55,760 nt of DNA from Catajapyx aquilonaris (Eukaryota), in NCBI GenBank assembly GCA_000934665.2, contig KZ537958.1:186001-241760 (forward strand), in the 5' to 3' direction. Shown here in pieces: positions 38,501-47,500 of this stretch. The notes below the pieces were generated by a model. That model saw only the letters and a list, made by a program, of their open reading frames with translations, did not search any database and was not told the DNA's origin. The first letter of the stretch is position 1; each line of letters begins with the position of its first letter. The position numbers and the translations under genes were made by a program.

Positions 38501-41500
38501 ACTCCTGTCACGAACACAACTAAAATTTGCATTTGGTAATACCAACGTGGGCAGAATTGGGCCAAAAGTTCAGCCCCTTGTTCCTCACGTTTTGCGCCAG
38601 TCCTACTTGAGTAACTTTTTATGTTACGTTGCCACTACTAAAATAGTTCAGTGCGACTTACGAAAATAATGGAACAAGAGCCCTTTCTGACCGCGTGGAC
38701 TTGGCTGATGTGACGACCATAATATATGTATGCCACCGAGTCATGCAATATGTTTATTTTATGTACCCGCTTGTCAAGAGCTGGAAAGGTTAAGCACGGA
38801 TTTGAGGGCCACGAGAAAATAAATACAAAATTACTGTACAGAGAAATGTGACGTTCACTGGCATAATTGTCGTCTAGCAATATATTATTTTATTAACAAA
38901 TTATAAGCATAAGTGTGTTATGGACATTTTTGTTGGTTTTTTGTTACTAAGTACATGCGAGTATTTTTCTTATTAATGAAACCGTACGTAGGTTATAAAT
39001 AGTTTTAAATTTAAGTAATTCATATTCAGGTTACTATTACTCTACTACTACAACTACTAGAGTAGGTACTGTACACTTAAATTAGGCCTACCAGTCTTCA
39101 GCCCACCAGTGAAAGTACTAAATTACATTATTTTCATTGTCATTTCATTTCATTTTATATATTTAACCTCCCTGTCGTGAAAGGACCACATATCCTGACA
39201 TGCAGACAAACTTTTCGCTTCTCTTGTCCGCCACGTTGCGGACAACTCAGGCGCTATAGTTTCTGTAAGGTTTCACTCAAGGCCAGACTTTCTATTTCAG
39301 GGTATCCTGGCACCGATTCTGAGCTGGGTTTCTCTCGGTAAAATCAACTTTTACATTTTTCAGGTACTTAAGTCGTAAGTTGTGACATTTGATAGCCAGC
39401 CTGCAAAAGTTCGGAGAACGTCGTAACTTGATGGGTCGCATTGCTTGGAACTAATCTTCTAATGCAACGTGTTACAATAATTGAAGTACTATTTTAGCTG
39501 CTTACTTATTATCAGTTGCTAAAAGTTTGAAGGTTCTAAAATAAGTGCAATAAATAACAACTTTTTTGAAATGGCCAGTAGAATATTATCGAGCCTGCAG
39601 CATTTGCTCGCTTCGAGCATGTAATTACCGGGCATTACAACACAATTCCAGATATGCGCATCGTTATTGGCGGATTCGTTAGGATCATAGGTGCTTATCG
39701 GCCCCTCATCAACTTTTTTTTAGTCCAACCGACCACGGCTCTAATTGTTTTCCGATGGCCTTCAATTGCAACCACTTAGCGAATTGAGGCTTCCTCGCAG
39801 CCTATACAAAATTGGGCAGAGGAAAAGGAAGTGGCCGGTGGGTAATGAAGGCAAGCACAACTTTCTTTGCGAGGGTGGCTGAGGCCAGAATTCGCTTACC
39901 GTCGGCGCCCTCCAAATGCAGTTAAGCGCCTGGAAACTATTCAATTAGAGAAGCCAGAGCCCCACGGCCGCTGATCGTGGGTGTAAACTTCTCAAATCAC
40001 CCCCAGCTCGCAGTTACCCACAACTGGAACCCACCCCCTTCTCTCCTTTTTTCGGGCCAAACCAACCCCTTTACTGTACATGTACATGGTGCAAATTTTT
40101 GCAACCCTCACAGACTGGGTCGTCCGGGCAACTACAACTTCACCACCATATCCATCAAGGGCGACCGACACGGCCTGCTTGTTTTGGACAGCCTCAAAAA
40201 ATTCACAAAGTACGGCATTGTGGTACAGGCCTTCAACGAAAAGGGGGCTGGACCCATGTCGGATGAGGTGTTGGCCCAGACCTTGGAGGACGGTGAGTTG
40301 AACCTGACCTGTTAAAGTGATATGAGACACACATTTTTATTTTATATTATTTTTCAGTACCCAGCGCACCTCCTATCGACATCAGATGTGCTGCACTGAC
40401 CTCCCAGAGTCTGCAAGTCAGCTGGCAGCCCCCTCCGTACCCTTTTCAGAACGGGAATATTCAAGGGTACAAGGTGTATTATGAGAACATGGAAGACTGG
40501 CCGGGAGGTAAGTCTGCAGGAATTGCTCCAGTAAATGTGTCGGCAGTGAACCCCTTTTGTTCCAGACATAATCGAAGCCGAGACAAAAGTCACCACTGCC
40601 CAGACCACGGTTATTCATGGCCTTCAGAGGTACTCCAACTACAGCGTCCAAGTGCTGGCATTTACGCGAGTTGGAGACGGTGTCCGAAGCAAGCCTGTAT
40701 ATTGCCAGACGGACGAGGACGGTAAGTACGCTGCTTGATGATTCATACAAATAATTTAAACCGTGTTCAAAGGCTGTTATCTCGAGTAACGAGACTGCAG
40801 AAGTTTGCCATGCTCGTTACGAAACACCCTGTATAACGACGCTAAAAGTGAGTCTCATAATCGCATGCAAATTCGGTTCTCCTTATCTCAGCCCCAAAAG
40901 TTTTTACCCGTCCTGTTATAAGCGCATTCCCCTGGCTCTAATCATGAGGAAAGGGCTTCGTGTAGCAAGCAGCACCAGCTCGACCCGGGCGACAAAAGTG
41001 GACACGGTCCAAAGACGATGACAAACGGGCCACTCTGCTAATTGTATAGCCGGGCCTTAACGGGTAATGAAAGCTTCCCCGACAGCTTGTGATCTCGGCT
41101 GGTCGAATACATCAGAGACGCTTAAGCGCAACATTACGTCGGGGCTAGACCACGCCGTAAACCTTCATATGCCTGCCCAGATACTTAAGAGGATCTGGGC
41201 AAAAAAATATATATAAGGTGTTCAGCTGTTTTCAAAAATTTATTATCGGTGCAAAATTTATCAGAAATGGCAACGCCGCATGGGAGACTCCTCTCATATC
41301 AGAGTCGATAATAGCAACTGAAAGTTTAACTGATTCTGATTGGATGTAGGATATAGGATCGATTTTTGTAAGTGATACCGTCTCAGAAATAAGGCGCAAT
41401 CAAAAGTTGGGCTCGGTTTCCTCGCCTAATTAGCCTTCAAAACAGCCCAGGCAATCAAGGCTGATGTTTTACGGGCGGGCGTAAACTTGAAGGAGGTTAA

Positions 41501-44500
41501 TTTCCCGTGACATCATCCGTACACGGTATGTGACTAAAAATAATACGGGACGCGTAAAAGTATTAAATTTCTAGCCTAGAAAAAAAATATATCGATTCTT
41601 CTCTCAGCTTCCTCGCTGGAATCTGAAGGATGAAAACACAACATAGATAATGAGAAATGGCATCCTGGCAAACTTGGGTTGGAAAAATCTCTTTTTTTCA
41701 TATAAAGTTTCCGGCTATCTTTCGAGGGAATTCTCTCTAGGACTACGACTTTTAAATCATGGAAAAGAGGTGGAGCTTAGCTTTGCAATGCAAATGACTC
41801 TGCCGGGGAAAGTTCTAATGTACTGTGCAGTTAATGCGCATTTTAAAGCTTCAGGGATTCACCCACCACCTATGCCTAATTTGCACGCATTTTTTTGCGG
41901 GCAGTGTTAGGCAATTTCCAAAAAATCTGTTGTTTTTTATAGCTATGAAGTGGACCATTTGTCAGCGTCAGGCCAGCTCTTTTACATCCTGAGGAGCACC
42001 CTCTCAGTGGACCCTACCCCGGAAAACAGTTAATTAGCGTTTTCCTCTGTACCACCCCAGTTTGGCAGGCCGGATTTGCCAATGACGTTTCAATTAGCTG
42101 TCTGTGACACCTCCGATAGCCCTTGTTTTGTGGTGATTCCACCTCTCTTTTTTTTTTTGGTTAGAAGCTTGGTAGAACCGCATAAAAGCTTGGGCGTTAA
42201 TATCTTTAGGAACCAACTGTCTGGACGAGTAGACCCGAGGCACGGAACACCTCATTACAGTCCGGGGGCTTCTCCATTTCCTTCTGGAATGGATGAACGC
42301 GCATGCCATGCATGAATGGCTGGGCACGGGATGAATGGACCTGCATTTGCGGAGGATGGGACTGGAGGGGGGGTAGGTAGGGAGAGATATTAATTTCGGT
42401 TCCAGCGACAGGGAAAGGGGGACAGGATTCGCGTTCCTCCGCACCTCTCCTCTGATAGCTTCTATTAAGCTTTGACCTTCTATAATGGAGCCACTAATTG
42501 TGGGGCCTGCCCCAGGCCCATTTGCTGGTGTCACCACAGTAAATCTCAGAGCGCATGTTGGGAGAAATCTGCATACAGTATGTGGAAAACAAAAAAAAAT
42601 GTTTACCAAGTGAAGTGAAGGCGACGCTAGTAAATAAGCAAATGGGTGACACGCCCGGATTGACGTTGGCGGTTTGGCTCCTTTCCTTCAATTTCCGGTC
42701 GTCGTCTTGGGTTCCTGAGTGCGAATCGGTGTCGCCAACAAGGTTTCGGTTTCCTCTTGGGATATAACACACGCTCCAGTGCAAGGCAGAGAGAGCCGTT
42801 TATTGCATGTGCGGCCTCAAAATCCGGGCGAATGCACGTCAAAACGCATGAGTCGGTCATTGGGACTGCAAACCCAAAAAGAGTTACGAGATAAATGTTG
42901 TGGGGGGATTATCAAGCGTAGAGAGGACGACCGTCCTTCATAACCAGCGTGGGGCATATTTATTGTGTTTGAACGGTACAAAGCAAATGCAGGCCAGGTT
43001 CCGCATGGAAAACGGCACAAAAGCTACAAAAGCTCTCTCTTTCGGTCATACATTTCCCCAACGCGAAACGGCGCAATGTACACAAAAAGTCGCATAACCG
43101 CAACAAAGAAACGCTGAGGAACACACGGATACCCCCTCGTACTGTACACGCTCATTAAAAAAGGGTATGTTTCGCAACAAAGTGTTCATCTTTCCGAATG
43201 TAACTGGCTCAATGTCAACACCGCCAGTAACAGCTAGCAGTTATTTGATGGGCTTATATACGTATTTCTAATGTAGGTTAGGTTAGGCCGGGTTACCATA
43301 ACCAGGCCCAATCCAACCTAACATAATCTAACCTAACCTAACTGTTCGTATAATAGTTTGTGACATCGGTTACAATGCTCAAGAACCTGCGACATTGCCA
43401 TACACCACTAGATGGTCAAAAGAATTCGCCACACTCTGCAATCGTCAGTATTTCTGTCCTATTTCGACCCCCCCAAAAGAGACCCCCTCTGGAAGAACCT
43501 GAGGGGGCCAATAAGGTCTTCCAGCTTGGCCGGCCAGAATGACTCCCTTCACGCCAATAGCACTCAATCGGTAGCTGCTCCCTTTCAAGTGGAAATGGCC
43601 CTCTGTTAAGCTGGAAGAGGAAAAGAGCTGCCTACGCTCACGGGAACCCTATTTCTTGTCTGCAGCTCTGGATATAGCCAATTAGACCCTCGCCGTCAAT
43701 TGGGCCTAACTGGGAAGGAAAAAGCCCAGACACTAATACACTTTCACAGCTCTAGCTCCAGGACTGTAACCAGTCCTGAAACCACCAAGGTGTGTTTGAT
43801 TACACGTAAAAGACATGTACTATTTTTTTAAACATGGGGATAGAACTAATATAACGTGTCTGGATAGGTTTTAGCGAGTCCGGGCCGTTTGTCAATAAAA
43901 CGAAGAACTTGAGTAAACATAGCAGATCCGGTCTGGATCCAGGAGAGTGTAATGCACCATGCGGGTGAGTCAACTTTTCGTTTGGGCCTTTGACTTGTAT
44001 AACACTGCAGGGTTTGGAATCTTGGTCCAGAAGCGCCTTAAAGTTTTGTTGGCTCCTGGCTATTTGGCTTGGAGGCTGATCTGCACACTCCTGTCGCCCG
44101 AATAAAATGCATTAGGAGGTCGTTGAAGCCAAGTTTGAAAGAAACTTTTTCCGGATCCAAACCCACCTAGTGAATTCAATTTAACCGTGGAACCGTGTTG
44201 TGTGGACTGTTGCACCACCCAACTTCTGGCTCATTAGATGGCTTGTTAGTTTTTCTCATTTCTGTCCACAGCTCGAAAAAAAATAGGATGAACTTGGACT
44301 CTTTGCTTTACTAGATAAACATTGGGGCTGTATATATGAGGGTGGAAAACTGGTTGGATCATGCCGGTTTTAATTTACAAAGGGGTGGAGGAAAAAATTG
44401 GAGAGGGGCCGAATGGGGGCTTCTACGGTTTCAATCCGGGCCAGAGTCATCTTTCTCCGGGAGGTCCGTAATCGATGCAGAGACGCGTTTCATCAAGGCA

Positions 44501-47500
44501 GGTGACACGTCCCAGGAGGTTGTCTTCGGTTCCAGTATTCCCACCGAACTCTATATTGGAAATCGATTTCTTTCACCGATTTTTTTTTGTGTGGACCACC
44601 CGCCATTGATCAGTGATCACAAAGAAGCTGCCACTCTTTGCCAAACTAGTTTGAATGCGGGCCCGGAGGAAAAAAATATTCCCCCCGAAAAATATTTTTA
44701 TGTTGACAAACTGATGACTGCCTTTTGAGAGGGGGGGTTTAATCCGTCAACTCTTGCCTGGGTATTGTTTCGCCATTCTTGTCACGCGACTCAGCAGGGA
44801 TCCAATTTGTAGTGAGTGTCCAAGTAACCCGAGGCCGATGGCCTTTGAAGAGGAATCCTCTTGAGAGGAGACCCCTCCCCCGAAATTTCATCCGGATGAT
44901 GTCCAAGGAAATCGCGTGTCCCCTGCATCTGACATCCTCTTTTACGACGTGTCCTCCGCACACTGATGCAACCGCCGTTCAATAAGCCGGTACTTTTTGC
45001 AGTGCCGGAAGCTCCAGCCGATGTGAAAGTGACGGTGAGCTCACCGGCTTCCGTCGTGGTCAGCTGGCTTCCACCGGTGCGTACCAACGGAATCATTACC
45101 ATTTACAACGTGTACATCCGAGTCCTGGACAACGGAAAGGAGGAGAACATTTTCAAGAGAACACTTCCGCCCATGCAGAACCACTACGAAGCACAGGGAC
45201 TCAAGAAAAGAGAGACGTACGAATTCTGGGTGACAGCATCTACGCAGATTGGTGAGGGAAAAAGTACCAAAGTCGTAGCGTCCACTCCTACATCCAAAGG
45301 TAACAAAAATTTGCAATATTATTGAAAACTTGAACTCACTCCACTTTTAATTGGTGCTTAGTTCCGGCTGCCATCACGTCTTTCGGTCAGTCCTTGACTT
45401 TGCCCTGGAGAGACGACGTGAGCCTCCGCTGCCACCATGTCGGTATACCGCAGCCTCAGCAGGAGTGGACTGGTCCAGATGGGCAAGCCTTGAGGGCCCA
45501 GAGGCATCAGGTCCACGCAGATGGATCCCTGGTGGTGCTCGAGCTGCAGAAGAGCGACTCGGGAAACTACACCTGCACTGTTCGTAACGAGCACGGATCA
45601 GATCGGATTTACTACTCGCTCAAAGTACAAGGTGAGAGGAAATGATTAACCAAACAATCCGCGGTGAGTCATCAGTAGTGTGCAGATGATGCGCCATCTA
45701 AGTGTAAGATTTGGTACTACGTCAACAGTCCAGGGGCAATGTTGTCACATTTTGGCAAAGGATTCACTCTCGTTATATTTCCAGTGCCTCCGACACCCCC
45801 ACTACTGCATGTGACATCGACCAGCCCAACGTCCCTCCGTCTTCACTGGAAGCAGGGAGACAGCGGAGGAAGCACGATCCGAGGCTTCTTGCTCAACTAC
45901 AAGCGCGACAATGGGGAGTGGGAAGAAGTGGCCATCGAGAGGAGCCTTTCTACGTACACCCTGAGCGGCCTGTCCTGCGGCAGCGAGTACCACGTGTACA
46001 TGATGGCGTACAACAGCATCGGAAGCAGCGAGGCCAGCGAGACTGTCCAGGCCCACACACGAGGATCCAAACCAGTCAAGCCGGCCAAGGAGGACTTTCT
46101 CATGGTCAACTCCACATTCGTCTTCCTGAGAATGGACCGATGGAGAAACGACGAATGTCCCATTGCTTCCTTCACCATCGAATACAAGGAGCACAACCAA
46201 GGAGAGTGGATACTCAGTAAGTTGCAACATGCCCATGATTTGCAGGTAATCCTAACTTCAAAAAAAAAAATGCATGTCCTAAATATTGCGACCTCTGTGG
46301 TTAAGCCATGCACGATAGGGTTTCAAAAGAGCATTTCTTTTGTACATCACTGTGCCCACCATTCTGATAGGTGGAGCAGCGGCTCTGCTCCACCAATCAG
46401 GGTAGTGTCTGGTGTGGAGTGGAGATGTTGTCTAATCCTTTTTTTTGAGATGCTGTGGGTACTGTAATTGCTGTTTCCTCTTCAGTAGGCAACAACATCC
46501 AGAGTGACGAGCTGTTCCAGTTAGTCGGGTTGTGGCCTGGTGTCCAGTACCTTCTGCAGATAACTGCGCAGAACAACGCGGGGATCACAGAAGCCAAATA
46601 CGACTTCAGCACGCTCACTCTAGCTGGAGGTACTGCCTGAACCCCTCTTCTTCTTGCATTTCACTGACCAACAACTTTACTATTTATAGGAACAGGTAGC
46701 CCCAGCCTGGTAAAGATAAGCGGGGAGGAAGAGGTGCCTTTCTACATGGACGTGAGCGTGATTGTTCCAATCGTGATATCCAGCCTGGCATTGGCAGTGG
46801 TCGGATTTGCCGTCTGTTTCTGCATGAAGAAAAGTAAGGAAGGCCGACCTCCTGGAGCGGGTGAGCCTCTTAAGGTGTCACGTTTTGGTGTCCCTTCAGA
46901 GCCTCCCAGGGGCAACCCGGTGGCAATGCAGGATAACCAGTCGGTGGCGGCCATGGAGAACAAGCAGAACTTGGCACAGAGAGAGCAGTATTACGCGGCT
47001 GTGCAGAAGGGGATTCCTCTCACTGTCAGAGATGGAAGTGCACTAGAGCAGATACCAGGTGGGTTCAAAAAACATGACCTGGATCACACTGCAGTTGTGT
47101 GGAGAATGTATACCAAGTCACTTGTCTCGAACTCACACTGAGTAGTTTCTGAGAAGCACTTGTGGTTTACATTCACAGTAATATTTGAAAAAAGGCACAT
47201 TTTGTTGCATGAGGAAAATTTTCTTGTCACTGCCGACACATTGTTGCACTTGATTCACAGAAATTCACACACTGAACTTGGTTTTTTATCTTGTGTTTTT
47301 ATTTTGATCTAAGATGTAAGGACCTGGAAGAATGATTGAATTTATTCGGATTGCAGAGTACTCCGAAGATATTTATCCGTATGCCACGTTCAGTTTGCTA
47401 AGTCAGCAGCAGCAGTCTGCACCTAACCAGTTTCAGACCTTTGTTTATCAGGAGCACAGGATAGCAGCAATGGAGACAATGCCTTTGAAAAGTGTGAGTT

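Noticed and set aside
43270..43345. Interstitial telomere or chromosome fusion site from opposing TTAGG/CCTAA runs
   Set aside because: Only about three units per side inside a small inverted-repeat element; such runs are common in arthropod repeats (also at 303-316).
6082..44963. Numerous 60-170 aa ORFs in introns and antisense to exons
   Set aside because: Low-complexity or shadow frames without recognisable domains or splice-consistent structure.
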